Assembly: GCA_009859145.1 (NCBI GenBank)
Contig: VRVR01000016.1
Span: 177,198-241,197 of the forward strand
DNA length: 64,000 nt
Direction: 5' to 3'
DNA from: Andalucia godoyi And28
Lineage: Eukaryota > Protista > Jakobida
Below the pieces are notes generated by a model. It saw only the letters and a program-made list of their open reading frames with translations. It did no database searches and was not told the origin of the DNA. Positions 54,477 through 64,000 of the stretch are shown here, one piece after another (position 1 is the stretch's first letter; each line of letters starts with the position of its first letter). The position numbers and the translations under genes were made by a program.

Positions 54477-54520
54477 CCCCGCTAGAAGTACGCGCCGAGA
54501 GATTATAGAAGAAGAAGATG

Positions 54521-54524
54521 ATGG

Positions 54525-54586
<62 letters not shown>
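54521..54586. repeat. (GAT)n trinucleotide microsatellite
   Basis: Direct reading of the sequence. Confidence 0.95.
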
Positions 54587-54588
<2 letters not shown>

Positions 54589-55090
54589 GAGAAGGGGAAA
54601 AAAGGATCAAAGAACGTAAGAATTTAGTACTGTCAGTCAGTGCGGAATTCGCGGGGAGGATTGGAATTTTGGAGTTTGGACAGCTTGCAAAAGGTAAAGG
54701 ACTAATGAGGAAATCGGGGGCGTTGGGAAAAGAGGATTTGTACCTTTCACGAACCAGCATCAACTCACTCGCACAAAAAAGGTCACAAAACTTGGGGATC
54801 GCGCATTTTTTTAATCTTTTTTGCTACTGTGTTGTTACAGCAGCTGTTTTGGCGGGAAGGAGAAAGACGAAACATCACTGGTGTTCGCTGGGGGAGATGG
54901 AGACACGAACCTTGGCACTGTTTTATGAAGCACTCCGTTGTTTTGCGCCAGATCAACCCTACTTTTCTTCTTTTTCTTCAATGTCCCACTATCGCTGTTC
55001 CTCGTTTTCTTGTTTTTCAGTGTTCCTCTTTCTTCTTTCACTTCATTTTGCATAGATTCCATTCTCTACAAGACATACGAAAAACAATAT

Positions 55091-56137
55091 ATGAGTGCAC
55101 AAGCATCACGAAACGGGCCAGCATCATCACAGATTGCGGCTGAAGAGCCTATGAACGAATCTGCAGCGCAGTCGTTTGAGTCCGTAGACCGACTGCAAGA
55201 ACATGGCATCAACGCCGCGGATCTTAAGCGGCTGAAGGAGTGCGGGATTTTGACCGTGGCACGAGTTCTGATGACGACACGCAAGGACCTTCTGAACATC
55301 AAGGGCATGTCCGATGCAAAGCTCGACAAGCTTCTTGATGCTGCTGCCAAACTTTCTGGACCGCAGTTTGTGAGTGGTGTTGTGGCTCTGGAGAAGCGCA
55401 AGGAAGTCCTCAAGGTCACGACGGGCAGCAAAGCGCTTGATGATCTAATCGGCGGCGGCGTGGAGACCATGGCCATCACGGAAGTGTTTGGTGAGTTCAG
55501 GACAGGAAAGTCGCAGTTATCGCACACTCTCTGCGTGACTTGCCAGATGGACCCGTCGGACGGCGGCGGAGGAGGAAAGGCGATCTACTGCGACACAGAG
55601 GGCTGCTTCCGGCCCGAAAAAATCCGTGACATTGCCGAGCGGTTTGGACTTGATCCAGATGCCGCACTCGAGAATGTGCTGGTAAGCCGCATGTACACGC
55701 ACGAACAGCAGATGGCGGCAATCCCCTTCATTGCGGCCCGCATGGCGGAAGACACCTACCGCCTTCTAGTCATTGACAGCATCATGGCGCCGTTTCGAAC
55801 CGACTTTTCCGGCAGAGGAGAGCTTGCAGACCGCCAGCAGAAACTCTCAAAATATCTCTCCCACCTCATCAAGATTGCAGAGGAGTTCAATGTCGCGGTA
55901 TTCATCACGAACCAGGTGATTTCGGACCCAGGTGGAGGAGCCGGAGCAATGTTTGTCCAAGACCCAAAGAAACCTGCAGGCGGGCATGTCCTTGCGCATG
56001 CCAGCACTTGGCGACTCTATCTTCGCAAGGGGCGCGGTGAGCAGCGCATTGCAAAAATCTACGACTCCCCAAGTATGCCGGAAGCAGAATGCATCTACCA
56101 GCTCTCCGGAGGCGGAATCATGGATGCGAAGGACTAA
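55091..56137 (+). CDS. DMC1: Meiotic recombinase DMC1
   Basis: Walker [10 protein letters not shown] and LLVIDS. DMC1-type rather than RAD51-type features: [37 protein letters not shown], terminal IMDAKD. Confidence 0.9.
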   Translation: MSAQASRNGPASSQIAAEEPMNESAAQSFESVDRLQEHGINAADLKRLKECGILTVARVLMTTRKDLLNIKGMSDAKLDKLLDAAAKLSGPQFVSGVVALEKRKEVLKVTTGSKALDDLIGGGVETMAITEVFGEFRTGKSQLSHTLCVTCQMDPSDGGGGGKAIYCDTEGCFRPEKIRDIAERFGLDPDAALENVLVSRMYTHEQQMAAIPFIAARMAEDTYRLLVIDSIMAPFRTDFSGRGELADRQQKLSKYLSHLIKIAEEFNVAVFITNQVISDPGGGAGAMFVQDPKKPAGGHVLAHASTWRLYLRKGRGEQRIAKIYDSPSMPEAECIYQLSGGGIMDAKD

Positions 56138-56150
56138 GCAGAAAAAATTA

Positions 56151-56564
56151 CCCCGCATCCAACTTGGATGCCTGCATTGCTCACTGAGGATGCAAGACCA
56201 TCACTAGTCATGCGTAATCAGTGTTGCAACCCGGGCCATGTCGCCATGGACGGGAAGGGGGGGGGGGGGGTAGGCCCCCACAAGCCTTGCTGGCGTTCTT
56301 AAGATAAATGCTCCGTGCTCCGTTTCCAATCTCGATCAATCGGTGAGCCACTTTCTCAGCGTGACGCGTTGTTCCTGAGAAGGGTGCATTTTGATTCTGA
56401 CGGCCCTAGCAGCAGGCGCTTTCGTGTCCTCAGTTGCAGCGATTGATGCACCTGGAGACACGAGAGGAAGAGGCGATAGGCGTAGTGACACGTGGTCTCT
56501 TAGTAGGTCTGCGGGACCTAGGAGGCCCTGCATCGAGCGGCGTAGGCGTAGGCGAATGCGTCAT
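56151..56564 (-). mobile_element. Internally deleted Fanzor2/TnpB element: N-terminal HTH joined to RuvC-III and an omegaRNA-like right end (family 1, copy A)
   Basis: RAVRIKMHPSQEQRVTLRKWL (56345-56407; OrfB-type HTH) is joined directly to IDRD(W/G)NGARSIYLKN (one extra base). Stacked hairpins follow, ending in gcatccaagttggatgcgggg. Confidence 0.9.
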
Positions 56565-57047
56565 CCCAGCGCACTCACGCCCATATTTGAATAAAAGAGT
56601 GAAACCAAAAAAAGTGAAACCAACGAATGATAGAATAGATGGCTATGGATGCTGCGCTAAAGAGTGTCGAAAATGCAGAGCCTGTGTCGCAGGCTGAATT
56701 CTGGCCGAGCGTGCGTAAGCACGAATTCCAGTGAAGCAAACGTGCTAGTGTCGGCAACGGTGCAGAGATCCGGCAGTCGGCTTCCAAAATAAAGATTAAC
56801 GGATTATTGTTCTATCATATTATTATTTTTTGTTCGACTCTGTTTCTTCAGTGTAAAAAAGAAAGCACAAGCAAGGAAAACGGAATAAGAAAGCAAGGAG
56901 GAAAAAAAAGGGAAAGGAAGAGAGAAAAGAAACCATATATCCGCATTCTACTACTGGTACGAACTCCTCTCATTAACGCCAGCGAACCCATATTCACGGC
57001 CAATTTTTTAACAGAGACTGTTCGAAGCAATAACGAGGTCTACGGGA

Positions 57048-58691
57048 ATGACGAGCAGGTCGGGTGTGCGACCGCTATCCAAGTCCAAGGTTGAGAATGA
57101 AAAGAGCCGCTCATTGTCTCCGGTATCGAATTCGTCCGCGCCTTCAAGACCGTCGTCCACGGCGAGCTTTCCTGCTTCTGCTCTCGCTTCTGTTTCTGCA
57201 GCGGCGAGTCCGAGTCTTGTTGATCTGGAAGATATGCTTTCTCAAGCCCACGTGTCGCTGCTGTCTGGAGCACCCTCTGACGCTCAGGATCTGTTACTGA
57301 GGCTCCTGGAAGATGCACGTCGTATGCAATCGACGAACCATTCGCCACCACCGAAGCCTCTGCAGGAAATCACTGCAGACGCAATGCTGCAGCTCGGCGT
57401 TCTTGCGCATTCTCTCTCCTCTTCCGCAGAGGTCGTTAAGAAAAAAAGCACCTCCAATCATGCAGCAATGCTTCGAGCAGAGGCAATTGCATGGTATGAT
57501 TCCTGCATTGCGTATCTGATTACAGGCACCATACCCGTTTCCCCTAGTTCTTCCTATTCTTCGTACGCCGCACATCCAGTCGGCCTTCCGCAACTTGCCA
57601 TTCTCTCGCGACCGCCGTATCCGTTTTCCCACCCGTTGTCGATGCATCATGCCCGTGCATCCAACGCGAGTGCAAATGCGAGCGCTCTGAATTCGACGTT
57701 GCCCAGTTCGCTGAGCCCAACCAACGCAAGCATCCACAATCCTGCTGCACATCGCGCAATATCATCATCGTCGTCTTTTTCTTCTTTTTCTTTGAATAAG
57801 CAGGGTTCTGGCGACAGTAACATGGCCTCTGCACCTCCAGGATATTCGTGGCGTGTGCTTCCTGCGACGAGCCCAAGCGTGCTTTTGAATCGAGCTCTTG
57901 TTTCGCTGGATTGCATGGATGCAGAGGATGCCCAAAAAGCGCTTCGGGCTGCTAAACGGGTGCTTGAAGATGACCCTGCAGCGTATGACAGGACCCTTCT
58001 TGCATCCGTTCTCTTCAATCTCGGAGTCACCGCAGAGCTCAAGGCCTCCTTGGCATCTCAGAACTCGATTCCGGCGAAAAGAGCCGCGGAAGCCGGCGAA
58101 AAGAGCCAGCTGGAATGGGTCAGCGAGGCTGCCAAGTGCTACGAACATGCGTACCACGCACGGATCACAAGTTCTGCGCAACCTCCAGTGTCACTCGAAA
58201 CAGGCGGCTGTGATGGTGACGGTGATGACGACGGTAGCACCAGTGGCGGCGGCGTCGCAGGGAACGGTGATGGCGGCGCCGAGAGAATAAAAGATGCCGA
58301 CATCCTGGTCGAGGCTCTCCGAGCAGCGGCACGCTGCCATGCGTCCACCGGGAAGATTGAACGAGCCATTGGATGCATGCAGCGTGCGTATTCAATGATT
58401 GCAAAGCAAGCCAGAGCTGTTGGCAGTGGAGAACTCGCGAGAAAACGCGTCATGGTGTTGGTGGCACTTGGTGATCTGTACGATGCGAGCGCCGATGCTC
58501 GCCATGCTGCACTTGCGAGAAAGGCATTTCGAAACGCACGGATTGCAGTTCAGCAGTCAATGCAGACGCAGAAGAAGGACACTAAGAGGAATGGCAGTGC
58601 TCGGTCCAACAGTGAGCAGAGTCTCGAGGGTTCCTGGGAAGATTGGGAAGCCTACGTCGGCAGACGCTGCATGGAGCTGGGTGTCAAGTAA
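57048..58691 (+). CDS. Hypothetical TPR-like helical-repeat protein
   Basis: 547-aa ORF with TPR-like helices (AMLQLGVLA, SVLFNLGV, AAKCYEHAY, AIGCMQRAY, VALGDLY). Confidence 0.7.
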   Translation: MTSRSGVRPLSKSKVENEKSRSLSPVSNSSAPSRPSSTASFPASALASVSAAASPSLVDLEDMLSQAHVSLLSGAPSDAQDLLLRLLEDARRMQSTNHSPPPKPLQEITADAMLQLGVLAHSLSSSAEVVKKKSTSNHAAMLRAEAIAWYDSCIAYLITGTIPVSPSSSYSSYAAHPVGLPQLAILSRPPYPFSHPLSMHHARASNASANASALNSTLPSSLSPTNASIHNPAAHRAISSSSSFSSFSLNKQGSGDSNMASAPPGYSWRVLPATSPSVLLNRALVSLDCMDAEDAQKALRAAKRVLEDDPAAYDRTLLASVLFNLGVTAELKASLASQNSIPAKRAAEAGEKSQLEWVSEAAKCYEHAYHARITSSAQPPVSLETGGCDGDGDDDGSTSGGGVAGNGDGGAERIKDADILVEALRAAARCHASTGKIERAIGCMQRAYSMIAKQARAVGSGELARKRVMVLVALGDLYDASADARHAALARKAFRNARIAVQQSMQTQKKDTKRNGSARSNSEQSLEGSWEDWEAYVGRRCMELGVK

Positions 58692-58735
58692 AGAAGTGGC
58701 AGTATTTATTCCCTTGTACCTGGAGGTTTTATTCG

Positions 58736-58736
<1 letters not shown>

Positions 58737-58774
<38 letters not shown>

Positions 58775-58846
58775 GTCTGTGTCTGTCTGTCTGTCTGTGT
58801 CTGTGTCTGTCTGTCTGTCTGTGTCTGTGTCTGTCTGTCTGTCTGT
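58737..58846. repeat. (TGTC)n/(TGTCTG)n compound repeat
   Basis: Direct reading of the sequence. Confidence 0.9.
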
Positions 58847-59138
58847 GAGTGAGAAAGAGAGACTGCTTACTTGCTTCCTGTCGTACACGACTTTCGCAGA
58901 TTCACCCTCGATTAAAACAAGGCACTCCGATTTTCGCTCCTCGCGTCTTTCTTATAAATGAAGTAGAATTTTTGCAGGTTTGCGCTGTTTTTTGTTTTTG
59001 TTTTTGTTTTGTTTTTTGTTTTTGTTTTTGTTTTGTTTTTTGTTTTGTTTTGTTTTGTTTTTGTGATGAAATTTAACTTTCCCTTTGTTGTGTTTCCTTA
59101 GGTGTGGTACTCATAGCATTCAACGACCAACCGAACCC

Positions 59139-61244
59139 ATGGTGTTTCTGCTGGGCCCTGCTGGATTGGAGGAGACATCGACGTCTGCAGCGGCGGCGTC
59201 TGAGCTGCCGTTTTCGCTGAGACCGACTTTGCTGACGGTGCTGTGCATTGGAAATCGCTTTTCGAAGCTTGCACACGTTCACCATCCGCGGCTTCCAGAT
59301 ATTGCGTCTGCTTCTCAGCAGTCTCTAGATGATAGTGTGTCGGAATCGGACTACCGACCTGGACTGGGATCTGTTTTGGACGCGGATTCCTACTCCTTTG
59401 CGGATGTCTCGGGAGCTTCGGAGCCTTCAGTTTACAAAACGGAAGATTTTTATGCGATTCTTGGAATTCCAGATCTGAGGTTCCGTGCCTCCGAGTCAGA
59501 AATCCGCAAGGCATATCGATCTCGTGTTCTGGAAGTGCACCCAGACAAGATTTCCAATGCCAATGCTGATGCATCATCGGCTGCGTCGTCTGCGTCATCG
59601 TCGTCGGTGAGCAGCCCAACTTCACCGAAGTCGAATCTTTTGAGCTCCGGTATGGATATTGACGAAGCGTTCAAGCAGCTTACGAAAGCACAAGAAACTC
59701 TTCTGGATCCAGTCCGGCGCCGAGCTCACGATTCGCAACTCGCCGAGACCATGTTTCCGGATGTTACGGATTCAGACGTGAATTCCGTCTTGTCAAAGTG
59801 CAAGAGTGCGGAAGTCGCCGTTCCAATCAAGATGGAAGGACGACCCGAGCCGCTGGTCGTGTCTCTCGTTCCCGCAGAAATATTTGTCTCTCTCTGGAGT
59901 CCATTGTTTGCGAGAATTGCCGTGTGGAGCGCTGAGCCCAGACCACCAAAGCTGTTGTCAAAGTCTTTTCCTGGCGTGGATAAGTTGATTGCAAGTAGAA
60001 AGGATGCACAAGATGTGCCCCCGGCCGCGTCCATCTCACCAGATTACTCTGCGGCTGATGCATTCTACAAGTTTTATCTGCGATTTCGTTCCTGGCGGGA
60101 TTTCTCTCATGAGCTCCCGGACGTTCTCGCTTCAATGTCCTCCGCAACTTCACGGGATGAACGTCGCTTCCACCAGCAGGCGCTTGAGAAACATTCCAAA
60201 AAGCGGAAATTGGAGGCCGCTGCGATGGTTCTGAAGCTTGCTGAGCAGGCTCAGAAGAGTGACCCCCGGTTCGCACTTCGAAAGGCGCTGGAGGAAGCCG
60301 AAAAGGAAAATAAGAAGTGGCTAAAGCTCATGGAGAAGAAACGAGAGGAAGAGGAGGCTGAGCGCAAGAAGAAGGAGGACGACGATCGCAAGAAGAAGGA
60401 GGACGACGATCGCGTGGCGCTGAAGAAGGCAAAGGAAAACGAACAACGACAAATGCGCAGAGAACGCAAGCGATTCAAGGACAGCGTTTGGTTCCTGAAA
60501 GACGGACCACGCCTGGAGGGTTCCGATGAGCGAGGCTGGGCAGTTGTTTCAAGCATGGTGCACAAGGCATTGGTATCGGGGGCGCTCGATACTATCAAGC
60601 TTCCGAATCCCCTTCCATCTGGCCCTTCTCAGTCCCCCTCTTCCCCTTTCCCTAGTTCTACGTCGCTGGAAGATCTCGGAGAGGTTTCCGACGTAACATC
60701 GGTAACTGCTACACCCGCAGAATGCTCTGATTGCTTAGGACCGACAGCGTTTCCAAGTGAAGAGGAGATTGAGGATGTGTCTCGTCGGCTGACTCGACTT
60801 CAGCTGTCTGCATTGAATGACGCTCTTGCGCAAGTGTCAGCTGAGGAGCCGTCCACAGATGCAGATTCTTCGGACAGGACTTACAGGTCTACCAAAGAGA
60901 TTCGTGGTGCTCTGGCACGCATTGGGTCCTTGATACTTGCTATTCGCGTACAGATTGCCCGCGTGAAGAAGGTGAAGGACGACGCAGAGGCTGCAGAACG
61001 CGAGCGGTTTCTTGCGGATCTGAAGGCCCGTGAAACCGCAGACGCCTCGAAGCCGAAATGGACCAAACAGCAGCAGACGGAGCTCGAACAGGCACTGAAG
61101 AAGGTTCCTCCAAACGATTCAAAGAGATGGGAACGTGTCGCCAACATGGTTCCTGAGAAGACTCCTGCTGAGTGTGAAGCCCGCTTCCGCGATATGCTGG
61201 AAGCGTACAAGAAGAAGAAGGATCAAACTGTGACAAAGAAATGA
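59139..61244 (+). CDS. DNAJC2: DNAJC2/MPP11/zuotin-like ribosome-associated J protein
   Basis: J domain (DFYAILG...HPDK), zuotin region (FYKFYLRFRSWRDFS...RDERR), charged coil and C-terminal SANT (WTKQQQTELEQALKKVP...RWERVA..VPEKT). Confidence 0.9.
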   Translation: MVFLLGPAGLEETSTSAAAASELPFSLRPTLLTVLCIGNRFSKLAHVHHPRLPDIASASQQSLDDSVSESDYRPGLGSVLDADSYSFADVSGASEPSVYKTEDFYAILGIPDLRFRASESEIRKAYRSRVLEVHPDKISNANADASSAASSASSSSVSSPTSPKSNLLSSGMDIDEAFKQLTKAQETLLDPVRRRAHDSQLAETMFPDVTDSDVNSVLSKCKSAEVAVPIKMEGRPEPLVVSLVPAEIFVSLWSPLFARIAVWSAEPRPPKLLSKSFPGVDKLIASRKDAQDVPPAASISPDYSAADAFYKFYLRFRSWRDFSHELPDVLASMSSATSRDERRFHQQALEKHSKKRKLEAAAMVLKLAEQAQKSDPRFALRKALEEAEKENKKWLKLMEKKREEEEAERKKKEDDDRKKKEDDDRVALKKAKENEQRQMRRERKRFKDSVWFLKDGPRLEGSDERGWAVVSSMVHKALVSGALDTIKLPNPLPSGPSQSPSSPFPSSTSLEDLGEVSDVTSVTATPAECSDCLGPTAFPSEEEIEDVSRRLTRLQLSALNDALAQVSAEEPSTDADSSDRTYRSTKEIRGALARIGSLILAIRVQIARVKKVKDDAEAAERERFLADLKARETADASKPKWTKQQQTELEQALKKVPPNDSKRWERVANMVPEKTPAECEARFRDMLEAYKKKKDQTVTKK

Positions 61245-61355
61245 GGAAGTTAAAAAGAACTGCACGGCATTCTTTTTATTTATTTTTATTTTTTAATTTA
61301 AAAATTAATTTCTTGGTCACATCCACAATGAAGAATAAAGAATGGAAAATGGAGC

Positions 61356-64000
61356 TTACGCCTTGCCAGCTCGAAGGCGATCCAAACGTGCTCGCAAATC
61401 TGCTATGCTGCTGTCGGTTGTTGTTGCAGCAGCCGGAGCAGAGGCCACAGGAACGGAAGACTTAGGCACCACAGGCTCCGAAGCAGACTGCTTCAAAGGA
61501 GGCAGATCGTGGTCCGCAGAAGAACTGACGTGCGACGCTGTTGCAAGACGGCGGCGAATAGAGTCCGCAGATGCTGCAGAGTTGCTAGTCGAACCATTGT
61601 CATAGGCGGCTGGTGCCGACGATTTGAGAGTCTCTTTGGAAACGGGAGGAGAATTCTCGTCCAATATTACGGGAGAGCGGGAAGACTTCTTGCTGGAAAA
61701 TTCCTGGGAAGACCGGGGAGAAGCAGTAGCCTCTACGCCAGCCCGTTGCTGAATTGCGCGAAGACGCTCCAAGAAACTAGAAACATTCGTCTCATTTTCG
61801 TCCGCAGAGGTGAAAGAACACTCAGATTCCACATCGCTATCCGAATTCAAATCAAAGTTGAAAGATTGGTTGGCGCCCCTCGATGATCCAAACTCCTGAG
61901 AAGTTGGTGATATTGCGGATCCATTGAAGGTTCGACTCATTCGAAACTGGGAAACGGATAAAGAGGTCGGGGTTGTACCGGAGAACGACGAACGATTTCG
62001 TCTCCTCTTGATTGCCATTCGTCCAAGTTGCTTCCTAATGTACGCCTGGAACGGAGGAGAGCACCGAGACATGAAGTTCGAAATATCCACGCGAGGATTT
62101 CGAGACGTGAACTGGAACAATATTTCAAGACCCTCTGTGATAGACTCCTTGTCACCGATCTTGCAGAATATCCGCTCCAACTCTTCTTGCAGCTCATCGG
62201 ACGGCTGCTGAGTCGGGCTTGTAGCAGCGGCATCAAAAGCCGAACTCAGGTCATTATTAGTTGGACTGATAGACGCTCCATCATAAGAGTCATCAACGGA
62301 TTCGGAAGTGCCGACCACCAGAGGCGCAAGATCGGACACAGCGGGTGCAGCGCGCTTGCTCAGCTTCTTCTGGCTGCGTCGACGGTCCCGCAGCTCAGCA
62401 TACGACATATTTAGAGCATCCTCGTCACACACAGTGGCAATGACACATTGAACTGCAACATACAAGGCTGATGATGCTGAGATCCCAGTCGAGCGCAGCT
62501 GGATTGCAGCTTCTTCAACCCCACATGCTCTGACAATTTCGTTCAGCATTGCCTTCACCGTCATCGTGCACGCGTCAGGAGAAGATGATTCAGGGATGTC
62601 CTGCAATGCAGTTGGAATGGCAAGTTCGGACGACGTCGGACACATGGAAAGGTCTTTCCAGAAATCATCCACAGCAACCAAAACTTTCGGGATGTTAATC
62701 TTCCCGACAGGAACGAAATCTGCAATCTGCTTGATCACCTTGTGCAAACACTTGAGAACGAGTTCACGCACCTGCGTGTACTGGGAATCTCCGAGCATCG
62801 ACAGCAACCCAGAAATAGCAACAGTGCGATCGGAATGCGTGAGAACCTTCAGAACAACTGTGTTTAAAGCACGAGAGATTTGCATAGGGTCATCTTCAGG
62901 AATGACCCGCTCGTCGCCGAGTCGACGCAAAACTTCGAAAATGCTCATCTTGAAATGGGATTCGTCAACTTTCGCGGCAATCGCATGTCGCACGTACAAC
63001 TGCATGATTGCGTTGAGAACATTTTTGCACAGCAGGGACGGAAATTGTTCTCGAGAGAACGCTTCCGATGAAACAATACACAGCGACTCGACACACGCAT
63101 TAATCGAGTTATCGTCGACATATCTGCAATTCTCGTGGGTCAAAACTTGAGAAAGATCTCGCAGAAGATCGAGTTCACTCTGCTGGGCGACTTGCAAAGC
63201 AAGAATGGTTTCCTCTCTTCCTTCCGCCTCCATATGGGCAAAGCTTCCAATTCTTCCTTGCTTTGCAGCGTCAGATGCCGTTGCACGAAGCTTGCGAGAG
63301 ATATCCTGCATCTGCCGAGCTAGACTCTCTACAATTTGGTCTGCCCCCAAACCAGCACCACCCCCACTACTACTGTTCCCTGCGTACGACTCGTCAAAGT
63401 TGATCTTCATGGGAGGCAGCTTGGGAGTCGGGGCTTCCAAAGACATGGATAGCGAAGAGGGCTTCAGCATCATTGGAGTCTGGGGAACGACTTCCGCCGA
63501 AGAGGGTGCCGAGTCTGCACCCCGAGCCATCGTTGAAACCTGCGCCTTCTCGTGCTCACTGAGTTTCTCCAGCTCAAGTTCAAAGTCCTTCTCAAACTCT
63601 TCCAGGCCCTCCAGAGCCAACGGAACTTCCTTGCTGGTATTTGAATCCACAACAGCTGTCAAGTGCGAAGAGCTGCCACTGCGCTTGGCGGGCTGTGGCC
63701 CGACATCGACAACAGCTCCAGTGGCCAGACGGAGACGCTCGGTAAGCAAATCCATGGCGCTGTCTGCCACGCCTTCTAGATACTTTGTGACAGCGGGTTC
63801 GCCATACGTCTTGCAGAGAACTGCAAGGAACTGCAGCGCGGCTTCTCGAACTGACACATCACGTTCCGCAAGACATTTTCCTATTGCAGGAACGTACTTT
63901 GACACGGAAGAAAGCGGCACGACATCCGCACCATACTTGCTAAACAGCACCAGCATCTCTTCGAGCAGCGTACTGCGAGTTCGCGCATTCTTTGAAATGA
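61356..64000 (-). CDS. XMAP215/ch-TOG/MOR1 microtubule polymerase, 3' part (runs off the window)
   Basis: KNARTRSTLLEE, ERDVSVREAAL (TOG HEAT repeats) and C-terminal KIGDKESITEGLEILFQF...SPPFQAYI. The frame is open to the window end. Confidence 0.85.
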   Translation of the reverse strand, partial: ISKNARTRSTLLEEMLVLFSKYGADVVPLSSVSKYVPAIGKCLAERDVSVREAALQFLAVLCKTYGEPAVTKYLEGVADSAMDLLTERLRLATGAVVDVGPQPAKRSGSSSHLTAVVDSNTSKEVPLALEGLEEFEKDFELELEKLSEHEKAQVSTMARGADSAPSSAEVVPQTPMMLKPSSLSMSLEAPTPKLPPMKINFDESYAGNSSSGGGAGLGADQIVESLARQMQDISRKLRATASDAAKQGRIGSFAHMEAEGREETILALQVAQQSELDLLRDLSQVLTHENCRYVDDNSINACVESLCIVSSEAFSREQFPSLLCKNVLNAIMQLYVRHAIAAKVDESHFKMSIFEVLRRLGDERVIPEDDPMQISRALNTVVLKVLTHSDRTVAISGLLSMLGDSQYTQVRELVLKCLHKVIKQIADFVPVGKINIPKVLVAVDDFWKDLSMCPTSSELAIPTALQDIPESSSPDACTMTVKAMLNEIVRACGVEEAAIQLRSTGISASSALYVAVQCVIATVCDEDALNMSYAELRDRRRSQKKLSKRAAPAVSDLAPLVVGTSESVDDSYDGASISPTNNDLSSAFDAAATSPTQQPSDELQEELERIFCKIGDKESITEGLEILFQFTSRNPRVDISNFMSRCSPPFQAYIRKQLGRMAIKRRRNRSSFSGTTPTSLSVSQFRMSRTFNGSAISPTSQEFGSSRGANQSFNFDLNSDSDVESECSFTSADENETNVSSFLERLRAIQQRAGVEATASPRSSQEFSSKKSSRSPVILDENSPPVSKETLKSSAPAAYDNGSTSNSAASADSIRRRLATASHVSSSADHDLPPLKQSASEPVVPKSSVPVASAPAAATTTDSSIADLRARLDRLRAGKA

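Noticed and set aside
1-64000. CRISPR arrays, tRNA, rRNA, intact transposases or an intact Fanzor ORF
   Set aside because: None seen: no repeat-spacer periodicity, no cloverleaf or rRNA signatures, and no DDE, serine recombinase or RT ORF. All Fanzor-like pieces here are truncated or frameshifted.

Overview
Gene-dense, intron-poor genomic DNA from a unicellular eukaryote (standard code, short GT-AG introns with GTATGT-type donors, microsatellite-rich spacers). About 28 protein-coding genes are supported, including an MFAP1-like protein, condensin II CAP-H2, RPL24, RPL37, a ~2150-aa guanylate-binding protein with a very long coiled coil, a P4-ATPase flippase, an isoaspartyl peptidase, a 2OG-Fe(II) oxygenase, PIG-B, a Zn2Cys6 transcription factor, NMT, an NDR kinase, two USPs, an EEP nuclease/phosphatase, a spliced TFIIB-related factor missed by the ORF track, a purple acid phosphatase, an SLC35F transporter, meiotic DMC1, DNAJC2/zuotin and the 3' part of XMAP215. 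The main discovery is in the intergenic DNA: five decayed, non-autonomous elements that appear to derive from Fanzor (eukaryotic TnpB-like RNA-guided nuclease) transposons, in two families. Family 1 (Fanzor2-like; ~9330-9690 +, 25139-25288 +, 56151-56564 -) has copies retaining complementary pieces of one nuclease (N-terminal HTH; RuvC-II plus zinc finger; RuvC-III), and all keep some of a structured 3' omegaRNA-like/right-end module. Two of them point head-on into the 3' ends of DMC1 and CAP-H2. Family 2 (Fanzor1-like; 27172-27470 and 52934-53158) are MITE-sized elements with CCCT...AGGG/TTAA-type ends that carry an NAALNI...RPAHL C-terminal remnant. All assignments are by-eye motif recognition and need confirmation by profile and covariance searches.
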